In this document: piece after piece, positions 21,960 through 35,639 of the stretch | Position numbering within the stretch: the stretch's first letter is position 1 | How the letters are laid out: each line of letters opens with the position of its first letter | Source: Squalus acanthias | Taxonomy: Eukaryota | Assembly (NCBI GenBank): GCA_030390025.1 | Contig: CM059433.1 | Location: 29,328,001-29,392,000, forward strand | Reading direction: 5' to 3' | Length of the DNA stretch: 64,000 nt | Made by a program: the position numbers and the translations under genes | Notes under the pieces: generated by a model | What the model saw: the letters and a program-made list of their open reading frames with translations, nothing else | The model's database searches: none | What the model was told of the DNA's origin: nothing

Positions 21960-22460
21960 CAAAACTCTGCTGCCCATATCCTAACTCGCACCAAGTCCCA
22001 TTCACCCATCATCCCTGTGCTCGCAGACTGACATTGGCTCCCGATCCGGCAACATCTCGATTTAAAAATTCTCATACTTGTGTTCAAACCCCTCCATGGC
22101 CTTGCCCCTCCCTATCTCTGTAACCTCCTCCAGCCCTACAACCCTTCGAGATCTGTGCACTCCTCCAATTCTGGCCTCTTGAGCATCCCCGATTTTCATC
22201 GTTCCACCATTGGCGGCCGTGCCTTCAGCCATCTAGGCCCTAAGCTCTGGAATTCCCTCCCTAAACCTCTCTGCCTCTCTACCTCGCTCTCCTCCTTTAA
22301 GACTCTCCTTAGAAACAAGCTTTTTAATGAAGCATTTGGTCACCTGTCGTAATATCTCCTTGTGTGGCTCGGTGTCAATTTTTGTTTGATAACGTTCCTG
22401 TGAAGCACTTTGGGATGTTTTACTACATTGAAGGTGGTATATAAATGCAAGTTGCTGTTC
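21960..22460 (+). mobile_element. L2 LINE 3' end
   Basis: LHGLAPPYL...GGRAFSHLGPKLWNSLP...FKTLL plus an L2 tail. Confidence 0.85.
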
Positions 22461-23051
22461 CAAAAATATAATAGCTCATTGATTGCTTTATATAATTGTG
22501 TCAAAAATGTTTTTTTTTAATGATATTGCTCTTGTTAAGCGCCTTGGGACGCTAAATGCACTGTATAAATGTAAGTTGTTGTTGTTGTTGGTTACTTGCT
22601 GGGCTGTCAATTAGAAATGAATGATTAAAAACCTTTAGAAAGTGACAACAGATACATAAAAGTGATATACATCCGCATGTCTGTCCCTGGCAAGTTGGAT
22701 GCCTTCCCATTTCCCGACAGTGCAAAATGTTTGAATTTGCCTGTAGGCTTGAACGGTATTGATTTTGGAATTGAGTAATTTTTATTGTTTTCTAATGACC
22801 AAAACCCTGGCCCATTTCCACCTCTCATCTTTTGACCTCCCATTTAGGGGGTCCTACAGCCTTCCTCCGATTGCCCCATTAGGTCTCCCTGATTGGTGCC
22901 CTCTGCATTTCTAGCCAGTGGCGGTGGATTTGTGGGATAAAGAGGCAAGAGAAAATTTTTTATTTCAAAAGCGAAGTACTGCGGAGGCTGGAAATCTGAA
23001 ATAAAAACAGAAAATGCTGGAAATACTCAGCGTATCAGAGAGAGATACAGA

Positions 23052-23960
23052 GGACTGAATTTTAATGGGGAAGGTGGGTTGGGGTCTGGGGGGCTCCGAG
23101 GCGGTCAGGAAACCTGGGAGAATGGGTTTCCCACAGGCCCTGCCGAATTTAACGGCAGGGCCTGATTTGAATGGGAAGCCTCTGTTTCCCAACAGGCTGG
23201 CTGGCTCCGGGCGGGTAGACCTGCGGCACTAGGCCAGGGACTGGCAAGAAGATCGGGGGGGGGGGGTGGGGGCGGGGTGGGTGGCTGGGTAGAACATAGG
23301 GGACAAGTAGAAGATTGTGGGGGGGGGGGCACGCGAAGAAGATCTGGGATGAGTAGAAGATCGGGGGGGGGCTGAGTAGAAGATTGTGGGGTTGGGGGGG
23401 GGGTGGTGCCAAGAAGATCGGGACAAGTAGAAGATCAGGGGGGGCTGAGTAGAAGATTGTTGGGGGGGGGCGCGCGAAGAAGATTGGGGACGAGTAGAAG
23501 ATCAGGGGGGCTGGGAAGAAGATCGGGGGCTGGGGAGGGTGCAGCCGGAGGAAGATCCCGGGGTGTGGTCTGAAGGGATCGGCGGCTGGAGGAGCAGCAC
23601 TGGCAGGGCCGGAGGAGCAGTGGGGGAGGCCTCGTGGGGTGATTGGAGGCTTGGGGGGGAATTGGAGGCCTGGGGTAGGGGGGAATCACAGGCCTGGGGG
23701 GTGGTCTCTGATTACAGGGGTGGGTTAGGTAGGCACCCTGGATTCAGGAGGCAAGTGTAAAGGCACTTACACTTGGATCTTAGGGAGCCTGGATCCAGCA
23801 TGCCTCACCTTGCTTTAGCTGGCGGGTTTCACGAGGCATGCAAAACTCGACCAGCTAAAGTTAAATACAAAATGGAGGTTAAAGAAGGGGCTTCTAGCTT
23901 CATTATAATATTTTAATATACAACCCACCTCCTGAGAGCAAATTGGCTGCCCGCCCCCCT
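23052..23960. mobile_element. Harbinger-like MITE with an internal G-rich tandem repeat
   Basis: Starts GGACTGAATTTT; internal repeats of AGTAGAAGAT(C/T)GGGG. Right end not resolved. Confidence 0.55.
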
Positions 23961-24204
23961 CCCCCCGGGGGCTGCCAATCTGCTGTCAGAGCACAAAACA
24001 GAAAGTTAGGGTTACGGCCAGCTGAAATTAATTGCAAACCCAGGTAACTGGCATTTGGATTTGCAGTGGGATGGCCTTATTTAAAGATGGTAAACTTTTC
24101 TGGGTGATGTGTGGGATACAAATGTTCTGGCAGTTACAGACATCTGTATGTGTGTCTATCTGTGTGCGCATGTATGTACCTATCCTGGGCCCCTTTCTGG
24201 TTTT

Positions 24205-24585
24205 TGGGCTTCGCTGGCAAGGCCAGCATTTATTGCCCATCCCTAATTGCCCTTGAGAAGGTGGTGGTAAGCTGCCATTTCAGAGGACAGTTAAGAGTCA
24301 ACCACATTGCTGTGGATCTGGAGTCACATATAGGCCAGACCAGGTAAGGACAGCAGATTTCCTTCCCTAAAGGCCATCAATGAACCAGATGGGTTTACTA
24401 TGACAATCCAGTAGTTTCATGGTCACCATTACTGATACTAGCTTTTTATTTAATTCCAGATTTATCTAATCAACTGAATTTAAATTTCCCAGCTGCCGTG
24501 TTGAGATTTGAACTCATATCTGCGGATCATTAGTGCAAGCCTCTGGATTATTAGTCTAGTAACATAACCACTATGCTGCCGTACC
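24205..24585 (-). mobile_element. tRNA-derived SINE, same family as 3180-3575
   Basis: Direct alignment with 3180-3575. Confidence 0.7.
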
Positions 24586-24599
24586 CCTTAATGAAGTAC

Positions 24600-25620
24600 C
24601 CCTTAATCTACATGCTGTCCCTCGGCGACACCATCCGAAAACACAACGCCAGGTTCCACATGTACGCTGACGACACTCAGCTTTATCTCACCACTACCTC
24701 CCTTAAGCCCTCCACAGTCTCTGATTTGTCACACTGCTTGTCCGACAACCAGTTCTGGATGAGCAGAAAATTTCTCCAACTAAATATGAGGAATATCGAA
24801 GCTATTGTCTTCGGTCCTCATCACAAACTATGTTCCCTGGCCACTGATTCCCTCTCCCTAGTAACTGTCTGAAGCTGAACCAGACCGTTCGCAACCTTGG
24901 TGCTGTGTTTGATCCCGAGATGAACTTCTGACCACATATCCGCTCCATAACCAAGACTGCCTACTTCCACGTCCGAAACATCACCTGACTCCATCCCTGC
25001 CTCAGCTCATCTGCTGCTGAAACCCTCATCCATGCCTTTGTTACCTCTAGACTCGACTATTCCAATGCTCTCCTGGCCTGGCCTCCCATCTTCCACCCTG
25101 CATAAACTTGGTCTCATCCAAAATTCTGTTGCCCATATCTTAACTTGCACCAAGTCCCATTTACCTATCGCCCCTGTGCTCGCTGACCTACATTGGCTAC
25201 CAGTCCAGCAACACCTCAATTTTAAAATTCTCATCTGTCTTTTCAAATCCCTCCATGGTCTTGCCCTTCCCTCTCTCTGTAATCTCCTCCAGCCCTATAA
25301 GCCTTTGTGATCTCTGCAGTCCTCCAACTCTGGCATCCTTCGCATCCCCGATTTTAATCGCTCCACTATTGGCAGCCGTGCCTTCAGCTGCCTAGGCCCT
25401 AAGCTCTAGAACTCCCTCCTTAAACCTCTCTGCCGCTCTACCTCTCTTTCCTCCTTTAAGACGCTCCTTAAAACCTACCTCTTTGACCAGGCTTTTGGTC
25501 ACCTGTCCAAATATCTCTTATGTGGCTCAGTGTCAAATTTTCATTGATAACGTTCCTGTGAAGTGCCTTGGATGCTTTACTACATTAAAGGCGCTATATA
25601 AATGCAAGTTGTTGTTGTTG
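24600..25620 (+). mobile_element. L2 LINE 3' part
   Basis: HMYADDTQLY and LHWLPV..LNFKIL motifs; (GTT)n tail. Confidence 0.85.
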
Positions 25621-25752
25621 TGTGTCTATCTGTGTGTGTATCTGTGTCTGTCTGTCTGTCTGTCTGTGTGTTTGTATCTATCTGTGTGTGTGTGTGTCTA
25701 TCTTTGTGTATCTATGTGTGTCTGTCTATCTGTGTCTGTCTATCTGTGTGTG
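25611..25752. repeat. Imperfect (TG)/(TCTG)/(TATC) microsatellite
   Basis: Direct inspection. Confidence 0.85.
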
Positions 25753-26449
25753 TAAGGCACACTGAAATTAACAACCTGTCAGCCATTAACAGCGGTACTT
25801 TGTAACTGCTGTACCTTGTTATTCTGAGGGTAGACAAGTGCGCTTCAATGATAATTTCTTACAGTATGAGACGTTAAACCGAGGCCCCATCTGCCTTCTC
25901 GTGTGGACGTAAAAGATCCATAGCACAATTTCAAAGAAGAGCAGAGGAGTTCTCCCGGTGTCCTGGGCCAATATTTATCCCTCAACCAACATCAGTAAAA
26001 ACAGATTATCTGGTCATTATCCAGTTTGCAGGAGCTTGCTGTGCGTAGATTGGCTGCTGCGTTTCCCCCACCCCAGAACAAACCGATCTAGCTCTGCTAA
26101 CCTCTCTTTATAACTCAGTATCCATGGTGATATCTGTGAATCCTTTCCACTACTTTATCTAATTTTATAAGTACAGTGATCAGAAGTGGGAATAATGCTG
26201 CATGTGAATTCTACCCAGTGTTTACTAAAGGGTCCTGGTGCCTGTGTAACTATTGGCATGCATAGTAATGATGCTTTCAGCATTTTGTCAACGCTGAATT
26301 TTTTCTTGATCGATGTATTTAACAATATACTCTGAACTTTGTAATTAAATTTGCTATTTTTGAAATCAATACACCTCACTATATGTGTGCCAAAAAACTA
26401 TATTTTTTGTCTATATTATATCATTGATTTGAATTAGATAGTCACTAAT

Positions 26450-27228
26450 AATGGGCTAAAAGGGCTAAATTATGAGGATAGGTTGCATAGACTAGCCTTA
26501 TATTCCCTTGGGTATGGAAGTTAAAGGGGGCAATCTAATTGAGGTGTTTAAGATGATTGAAGGAGTTGATACGATAGAAAGGGCTGGATTTTCCGATCGG
26601 GGTCACGTGGGCCATGGGGAACCAATCAAAGAAGGGGATCCCGCTTCACACTTTTGACAGGTCTCTACGCATAGAACTGTCAAAAGTATGAATGGGGATC
26701 ACTCAAAAAACACAGTTAAACATTAAATAAATTTTTTTTTAAATCACGTATTTAAAATTAGTTAAACAAAAATTTAATTTTTTGAAAAAAATAATTGAAG
26801 TTTTTTATGGGCTAAAAATAAACTTACCTTTTTTAAAAGTATTTTAAAATTATAAATGAGTGAAACATTTTTTTAAAACTTTTATGCTAGTAAAAGCAGG
26901 CCTTACGCTTTAAAGGTTTTCAGCGGGCGGAGGTTGTGCAGAAAGCGGAACTCCCTGCCCGCGGAGGCCCATCTCCCAGGCAGACGGATGATATGTCAAG
27001 AGGATTCTTGACAGCTCGGAAGTGCCGGGTTTTAGCGCATGCGCTTCGCATGCCTGAAACTGGCACTTGCGAGGCCCCTATGGTGCTTACACACCTCGTA
27101 CGCACCCGTGGGGGTCGGAATATCCGGCCCATTCCCTCTGGTGGGAGAGTCCAGGACAAGAGGGCATAAACTTAAAATTAGAGCTAGGCCATGCAGGGGT
27201 GATGTCAGGAAGCACATCTTCACACACA
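26450..27228 (+). mobile_element. CR1 fragment split by a MITE
   Basis: GLNYEDRLHRL...LIEVFKMI before the MITE; FPLVGESRTRGHKLKIR after it. Confidence 0.75.
26581..27130. mobile_element. Harbinger-like MITE (550 bp)
   Basis: 16-bp TIR GGGCTGGATTTTCCGA versus reverse complement GGGCCGGATATTCCGA (2 mismatches). No clean TSD. Confidence 0.75.
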
Positions 27229-28510
27229 GGCTCACTGATGCTCAGTTTGAGTTCCACCAGGACCACTTGGCTCCAAACCTCATTACAGCCTTGATCCAAA
27301 CATGGACGAAAGAGCTGAATTCCAGAGGTGAGGTGAGAGTGACTGCCCTTGACATCAAGGCAGCATTTGACTGAGTATGGCATCAAGGAGCCCTAGTAAA
27401 ATTGAAGTCAATGGGAATCAGAGGGAAAACTCTCCACTGGCTGGAGTCACACCTAGCACAAAGGAAGATGGTTGTGGTTCTTGGAGGCCAATAATCACAG
27501 CCCCAGGACATCGCTGCAGGAGTTCCTCAGGGCAGTGTCCTAGGCCCAAACATATTTAACTGCTTCATCAATGACCTTCCCCCCATCATAAGGTCAGATG
27601 TGGGGATGTTCGCTGATGATTGCACAGTGTTCAGTTCCATTTGCAACTCCTCAGATAATGAAGCAGTCCATGCCCGCATGCAACAAGACCTGAACGACAT
27701 TCAGGCTTGGGCTGGTAAGTGGCAAGTAACATTCATGCCACACAAGTGCCAGGCAATGACTATCACCAACAAACGAGAGTCTAACCACCGCCCCTCGACA
27801 TTCAACAGCATTACGCATCCGAATTCCCCACTATCAACATCCTGGGGGTCACCATTGACCAGAAACTTAACTGGACCAGCCACATAAATACTGTGGCAAC
27901 AAGAGCAGGTCAGAGGCTGGGTATTCTGCGGCGAGTGTCTCATCTCCTGACGCCCCAAAGCCTTTCCACCATCTACAAGGCACAAATCAGGAGTGTGATG
28001 GAATACTCTCCAGTTGCCTGGATGAGTGCAGCTCCAACAACAGTCAAGAAGCTCAACATCATCCAGAACAAAGCAACCCACTTGATTGGCACCCCATCCA
28101 CCACCTTAAAAATTCACTCCCTCCACCACCGGCATACCGTGGCTGCAGTGTATACCATCTATAAGATGCACTGCAGCAACTCGTCAAGGCTTCTTCGACA
28201 GCACCTCCCAAACCCACAACCTTTACCACCTAGAAAGACATGGGCAGCAGACGCATGGGAACACCACCACTTCCAAGTTCCCCTCCAAGTCACACACCAT
28301 TCTGACTTGGAAATATATCGCCGTTCCTTCATCGTCGCTGGGTCAAAATCCTGGAACTCCCTCCCTAACAGTACTGTGGGAGTACCTTCACCACATGGAC
28401 TGCAGCAGATTCAAGGCGGCTGCTCACCACCACCTTCTCAAGGGCAATTAGGGATGGGCAATAAATGCTGGCCTTGCCAGCGACGCCCACATCCCAGGAA
28501 TGAATAATAA
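27229..28510 (+). mobile_element. CR1/L2-group LINE of a distinct family, RT and 3' end
   Basis: [35 protein letters not shown]. Tail ends CCCACATCCCAGGAATGAAT. Confidence 0.85.
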
Positions 28511-28606
28511 AAATATGTTCACAGCCAGCAGAGGGTTTTGGCTCGTTTGACTCCCTGACAGAGTTTCATCATATAAGAAGTCAGTATCTATTTGCAAGGC
28601 TCTGTG

Positions 28607-28789
28607 AGGTAGATTTTCTACGGCCCCCTTGGGCATAAAACTGGAATGGTGGATTGGCCGTCCGTCGTAGAATCTGCTTGATTTTCATTTCCGTAGAAAT
28701 CAATGGAAATGAAAGTCGGGCGGTTTCTAGAATGGGCGCCATATCGGCAACAAATGTTTTAGGCTGGGCAGCAAGTTGAAAATGTACCC
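28607..28789. mobile_element. Small putative MITE
   Basis: AGGTAGATTTTC...GAAAATGTACCC imperfect TIR. Confidence 0.4.
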
Positions 28790-28949
28790 AACAAATGTTG
28801 AGGAATAGCTCAAGGTGAGGTGTCTTTCTTGTTCTGGACATATGTCATGAAGGATATCAAATTTTTAAATCACTGTTAATACGCTGTTTTGTGCTGATTA
28901 CTGTTCTGTTACCTGTTCTATGATAAATCATAGGAAGGATGATAAATCA

Positions 28950-29478
28950 TTCAAAAGGATATAGTGGCACTGGAGAAGGTGCAAAAAGAGATTTACAAGA
29001 ATTATAACAGAACTGAGAAGTTAGAACTATCAGGAAAGAGTGAAGAGGCTGGGGCTCTTTTCTCTCGAAAAGAGAAAACTGAGGGATGACCTAATAGAGG
29101 CCTTGAAAATTAAGACGGGGTTTGATAGGATAGACGTAGGGAAGATGTTTGCACTTGTGGGGGGAATCCAAAACCAGGGGCCATAAATATAAGATAGTCA
29201 CTGATCAATCCAATAGGGAGTTCAGGAGAAACTTCTTTACCCAAAGACTGGTGAGAATGTGAAACTCGCTTGCACATAGAGTATTTGAGGTGAATAGCAT
29301 AGATGCATTTTTGGGCAAGCTAGATAAGCACATGAGGGAGAAAGGAATAGAAGGCTATGCTGATAGGGTTAGATCAAGAGAGGTGGGAGGAGGTTCGTGT
29401 GGAGCACAAACACCAGCAGGGACCTGTTGGGCCGAATGGCCTGTCTCTGTTCTGTAGACTCTATGTAATCTATGTAAT
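28950..29478 (+). mobile_element. CR1 LINE 3' end
   Basis: Homologous to the reverse complement of 2436-2862. Confidence 0.8.
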
Positions 29479-31132
29479 AATGTTGGATACATCCCATCTT
29501 GTCCTGGTGCTTTATGAATATTAAAGTCCTCTCGTTTTTATTAAATAATCATTTAATTATTAACCGTGAATCAGATACGTCCCTACCCTTCCAGTTACTA
29601 GAAAGGTATCAAAATGTGAATGCATGCTTTCGCTAAGTACTTGAACGGAAATGGCCACAAGTGAAAAGGAGTTTTGTTTTAAAAAAAAATCCATTACCCA
29701 GTCAGCTACAAGGAGAAGAGTGGAAATGAGAACCCAAGGCTAATTAATGAGGCATCCAGAGGATAATGTGATTCCAACAGATTTCCTTGGAGCTAAGAGA
29801 GTGAAAGGACACTGTGAAGTATTAAAGGGTATCATGTACCAGAGGGCAAATGAGTCAAAGAAAATGTTACATAGTGAATGCAGCAGCAAAAATGTGTGTC
29901 AGGTGAGGTGTGGGGGCCAAATAAGCTACTCACAGAAGTTAAAAAGCAAGGGAACTCCTGTGAGCATCCAGTATTATTTTCAGAACTTATAAAGATATCA
30001 TTAATCATGTGAACATTATTATCAAAACCCCCAAGACATAACCATACATTTCTCAGTAAAGCAAAGCCATCTGCTGTTGCTAAGCCTCTGCCTTTCCTCA
30101 AAACATATTTTCCACACAATTTAGTAACATCTGCCACGGGGCAGATTTTCCTCTGTTGCCTCTCGACTTGACTATTCCAATGCTCTCTTGACCAAGCTTT
30201 TGGTCGTCTGTCCTGGTGTCTCCTTCTGTGGCTCAGTGTCAAAACTGTTTTCATTGATATCGCTATTGTTAAGCGCCTTAGGGCGATTTGCTACATTAAC
30301 TGTGCTCTATAAATGTAAGTTATTGTTGTTGTTGCACTCAGGATAATAAATAGCTGCCTGGTGGAGAGCCAGAGGAAGATCTAAGCTATGGTCCTCCTGC
30401 ACCCTCCCCTTTGTGCCATGATTTGAATATGAATACATTTCTGCTTCCAAAGAACACAGTGCTCCCCTTTAAGTAATGGCTGCCACCCTTTAAGAGCTGC
30501 TGTTGGACTAGGTATCTCACCACTGCACATCTACAATATAGTCCCAGAACTGTGATATGCTGTTCCCTGCAATTCTGGACACATGTATCGATACATGAAA
30601 GCTGGTAAGACCAGTAGAATCATACACAAATTTGAAAGAATATTGCTAAGTGATGCTTCCTCCATATCTTATGGGAGCTCTCCCTCAAAAACCAAAGTAG
30701 AAACTCTTCTTGTATGTAGTGGATGATGAGTTTACTGACTGGTGGGAGGGTTTTTCCTTAAAAACAGACTCAGCAAGAACTATTGTACAGAAAACTAATG
30801 AAGTAGTTTATAGCTGGTTAGCTGTGTGTCTAGCACACTCATACAAACATACAAAATTGACGGGCAGGAAAAGACCAGCTGGTCCACCAAGCCTGTCCCA
30901 CTCCATGATAGCCGGAGCATCATGACTAAATACTTCCCTCCAACGCCCCCCGCCCCCCCCCTCCCCATCCCCCCTCCCCACAACTGTGTAATCTTCTGGG
31001 AGAGGTTAAAAAAAAAAACCAGGGCCAATAAGGGGAAAACATACTCTGGGAAATTCCTCTCCGAGCCCCTCAGGCGATCAAAACCCAGTCACGGAGATCA
31101 CACGGGCCAAGTGTTATCTATAAAGTCACTGA

Positions 31133-31858
31133 GGGCTAGAAATTGGGCATGTTAGCGCCTCCTGTTATCACCTCCGGGGGGCGATGAAGGCGCGCTAATC
31201 ACTTAGCGACCGGCGAGAAAATCGACTCCCGCTATATTTGGCGGGAGTTTTGCAGCGGCGGTATGGCGTTGTGCCCCGATTTCCTTCACCCGGAGATCGT
31301 GACATCATCGCCGTGCGCATCGCCCCGGACCCGAACTTCGGATCTGCCCCCTGCAGCATCGCTGGGCGAAAACAACGGCCGCTGCAGGAGGCGTTCATCG
31401 GGAGGCCGGGCGCTTCGGGGGAGATACTTAAAGGCGAGGTGGCCGAGGTAAGTGGAAAAAATTCTCAAATACTATTTCTAGTGTCTTTTCATTTTTCTTC
31501 ACCAGCGATCGATCAGCCCGGCACTCTGCTGCAGTGCATCGGGCTGATCGGGCCGGATAGCAGCAGCCGACAGGGACCAGATAAGTGTTTTCCTCGCAGA
31601 GCCTGCAGCGATGGCCCTTCCCTTTAAGGGAAGGAAGGAGCCTTCCAACGCGGCAGTGCTGCACGGCCCATTGTGCAGCGCTGCTCACCTACCGCCCCGC
31701 CTGCTGCGCTCCAGGAAGCAAGTGGAGCACTTGATTTAGCGCTCCACTTCCTTCCTGGAGCACAGAACCAAATTTTTTAAAAGTTGAAAAACATTAGCGG
31801 CTGGCGCTAATTTTTTCAACTTTTAAAAGTTAGTGCCCCAAGCAGGAATTTCTCTCCC
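31133..31858. mobile_element. CpG-rich Harbinger-like MITE
   Basis: GGGCTAGAAATT...AATTTCTCTCCC termini; flanks TGA/TAA (imperfect TSD). Confidence 0.7.
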
Positions 31859-32139
31859 TAACCTTCTATATGATGCGATCTTTGCCCCAGTCAGGAACCG
31901 GTCCAGCTCCCTCTTGAAGGCTGATCATCATGCTTTAATCAAACTACTGTGCCAATCTGCATAAATAGACTTTGTCTCTTGCGCATCTCCGATTTCTATC
32001 GCTCCATCATTGGCAGCCATGCCTTCAGCTGCCAGGGCCCTTAGCTCTGAAATTCCCTCCCTAAACCTCTCCATCTCTCTCCTCCGTTAAGATGCTCCTT
32101 AAAACCTATCTCTTTAACCAAGCTTTTGGTCATCTGTCC

Positions 32140-33640
32140 TAATATCTCCTTCAAATCTGCTGTCATCACCCCTCTCCTCAAAAAACCAACCCTTGACCCC
32201 TCCGTCCTTTCAAACTACCGTCCCATCTCCAACCTTCCTTTCCTCTCCAAAGTCCTTGAACGTGTTGTCGCCTTCCAAATCCGTGCCCCTCTTTCCGAAA
32301 ACTCCATGTTTGAATCCCTCCAATCAGGTTTCTGCCCCTGCCACAATGTCGAAACGGCTCTTATCAAAATCACAAATGACATCTATGTGACTGTGACAAA
32401 GGTAAACTATCCTCCTCATCCTTCTCGACCTGTCTGCAGCCTTTGACATGGTTGACCTCAACATCCTCCTCCAACGTCTCTCCACCGTCGTCCAGCTGGG
32501 TGGGACTGCACTCGCCTGGTTCCATTCTCTCTATCCAGTCGTAGCCAGAGAATCACCTGCAATGGCTTCTCTTCCGCACTCCCACATTTACCTCTGGTTT
32601 CCCCCAAGGATCTATCCTTGGCCCCCTCCTATTTCTCATCTACATGCTGCTCCTCAGTGACATCATCTGAAAACACAGCGTCAGTTTCCATGTGTACGCT
32701 GACGACACCCAGCTCTACCTCACCAGCACCTCTCTTGACCCCTCCACAGTCTTTAAATTGTCAGACTGCTTGTCCGACATCCAATACTGGATGAACAGAA
32801 ATTTCCTCCAACTAAGTATTGGGAAGATGGAAGCCATAATCTTTGGTCCCCACCACAAACGCCGTTCCCTAGCCACCGACTCCATCCATCTCCCTGGCAA
32901 GTGTCTGAGGCTGAACCAGACTGTTCGCAACCTTGGTGTCATATTTGACCCCAAGATGAGCTTCCGACCACATATCTGCGCCATCACAAAGACCTGCCTG
33001 TTTCCACCTCCGTAGCATTGCCTGACTCTGCCCCTGCCACAGCTCATCTGCTGCTGAAACCCTCATCCATACCTTTATTACCTCTAGAGTTGACTATTCC
33101 ATTGCACTCCTGGCCGGCTTCCCACGTGTCTCTGTAAACTTGAGGTCATCCAGGGCTTCCGTGTCCTAACTCGCACCAAGTCCCATTCACCCATCACCCC
33201 TGTGCTCACTGACTTACATTGGCTCCCGGTTAAACTATGGCCTCGATTTTAAAATTCTCAACCTTGTTTTCAAATCCCTCCATGGTCTTGCCCTTCCCAT
33301 CTCTGTAATCTCCTCCAATCCTCCGAGATCTCTGCGTTCCTCCAATTCTGTCCCCTTGAGCATCCCTGGTTTTAATCGCTCCACCATTGGCTGACCGTGC
33401 CTTCAGCTGCCTAGGCTGTTAGCTCTAGAATTCTCTTCCTAAACCTCTCCGCCTCTCACCTCTCTTTCCTCCTTTAAGATGCTCCTTAAAACCTACCTCT
33501 TTGACCAAGCTTTTGGTCATCTGCACTAATATCATCTTATGTGGATTGATGTAAAATTTCTTTGATAATCGCTCCTGTGAAACGCCTTGGGATGTTTTAC
33601 TACGTTAAAGGCACTATATAAATACAAATTGTTGTTGTTG
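32140..33640 (+). mobile_element. L2 LINE RT and 3' end
   Basis: PLLKKPTLDPSVLSNYRPISNLPFLSKVLE, QSGF, YADDTQLY; (GTT)n tail. Confidence 0.9.
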
Positions 33641-34089
33641 TTTGCCTTATGTGGAGTGCAAACTCTTTCCACATATGAATGTACTCCACTTCCCTCAGCT
33701 TAGAGAATGTAACTTCAGGTTGGCTGGAACCAAAACTTAGAGACACCAAAGGAGTACTGCTGGAATTTAAACAGCTAACATCTCGCAGGTTACCAGCACA
33801 GAGTACTAGTTATCATCCTGCTGCCAGGGCCACCCAATCCATTGAGGCATTGGAGTCAAGTTGGAAGAATCTTAGCACCAGTGACAGTTCAACTCCTCCA
33901 GTCCCTCCAACAGGATGGTTAATCGGTCATCAGGTGCCCTGGAGACCTGTCTGGCTCATGTATCGGACTTCTGTGCCTGCTACAGTCGATTGACTTGGTT
34001 GTAATCTTTCATCACCAGGTGTGTCGGTTTGGAGCCACCTTAGCCCCAAAGAAACCCCACTTACCTCCCCTCCTCATGATTTAAGGCCT

Positions 34090-35630
34090 TTAAGCCCTGG
34101 TATGATAGGATAGATGTAAAGAAGATGTAAAGAAGATGCTTCCACTTGTGGGCGAGACCAGAACCAGGGGCCATAAATATATGATAGACACTAAGTAATC
34201 CAATAGGAAATTCAGGAGAAACTTCTTTACCCAGAGAGTGGTTAGAATGTGGAACTCGCTACCACAAGGAGTGGTTGAGGCAAATCGCATAGATGCATTT
34301 AAAGGGGAAGCTAGATAAGCACATGGGGGAGCAAGGAATAGAAGGATATGTTGATGGGGTTAGATCAAGAGGGGTGGGAGGAGGCTCGTGTGGAGCATAA
34401 ACACCGGCATAGACCTGTCTGTGCTGTAGATACTTTGTAAGGTAGCAAAAGATTATCATTCTGGTGAATCTGCGCTGTATCCCCTCCAAGGCCAATATAT
34501 CGTTCCTGAGGTTTGATGACGAAAACTGAACACAGCACTCCAGATGAGGTCTGACCAAATATCTGTACAACTTCCTCACTTTTGATATGCAACCCCCTTG
34601 AGATGAAGACCAACATTCCATTGGCCTTTTTGATTACTTTTTGTACCTGTGCACTAGCTTTTCGTGATTTGTGTACATGGACACCAAACTCCCTTTGCTC
34701 CTCCACAGTTCCTAGTCTCGAACCATTAAGACAATATTCCGGTTTGTCTTTCTCAGATCTAAGTAGATGACCTCACACCTCTTCACATTGAACAGCCAGC
34801 TGCCACAATTTTGCCTGCTTGTCTTTGCAAAAGTTACACAGGGCTTGGATTTTCCTCCGTGGCAGGAACAGGAGGACAATGGAGCAGTGACGCCTACTGC
34901 CACCTTCCCACTCCAGTCTAGATTTCCTCTGCCGAGGGCAAGTGTTGTCAATCCCTTCTGCTGCATGCAAATACTGGCGAGGGGGGCCTGGGGAGTTGGG
35001 GTTCAGGTTCCCAGCCCACTCCCATCCTGTCTGCCTTTCTTGCCAGCAGTCCTCAGGAGCGCCTGGAGAAAGGTAGGATGGTAGGCTCGGGATAGGCCCC
35101 AAAATTCAGCTGGAGTATAGTGGACAATTCTGGGCACCACACTTCAGGAAAGATATAAAGGCCTTAGAAAGGGTATAGAAGGAGGTTTACCAGGATGTTA
35201 CCAGAAATGAGGGACTTCATTTATGAGGAGAAGTTGGAAAAGTTAGGATTGTTCTCCTTGGAACAGGGAAGGTTAATAGGTGACCTACTAGAGGTTTTCA
35301 GGATGATGAGAGGTTTTGATAGAGTAGATAGAGAAAAACTATTCCCTCTGGCGAGTGGGTCAACAACCAGAGGTCATAGATTCAAAATCATTGACAAAAG
35401 ATCTAGAGGGGAGATGAGGAGACATTTTTTCACTCAGAGAGTTGTCGGGATCTGGAACGCTCTACCTGAAAAGGTGGTGGAAGCTGATTCCATAAATAAT
35501 TTTAAAAGGGAGTTGGACAGGTACTGGAGGATGAGGAACTTATAGTGTTACGGACAAAAGGCGAGGATGAAGGACTAAGCACGACTGCTCTTTCAAAGAG
35601 CCGACACAGGCACGACGGGCCGAATCATCA
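34090..35630. mobile_element. Cluster of CR1 fragments (+ 34090-34440, - 34455-34810, + 35115-35630)
   Basis: FFTQRVVRMWNSL, LVRPHLECCVQF and LGLFSLEQGRLIGDL motifs. Confidence 0.75.
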
Positions 35631-35639
35631 ACAGCTACC

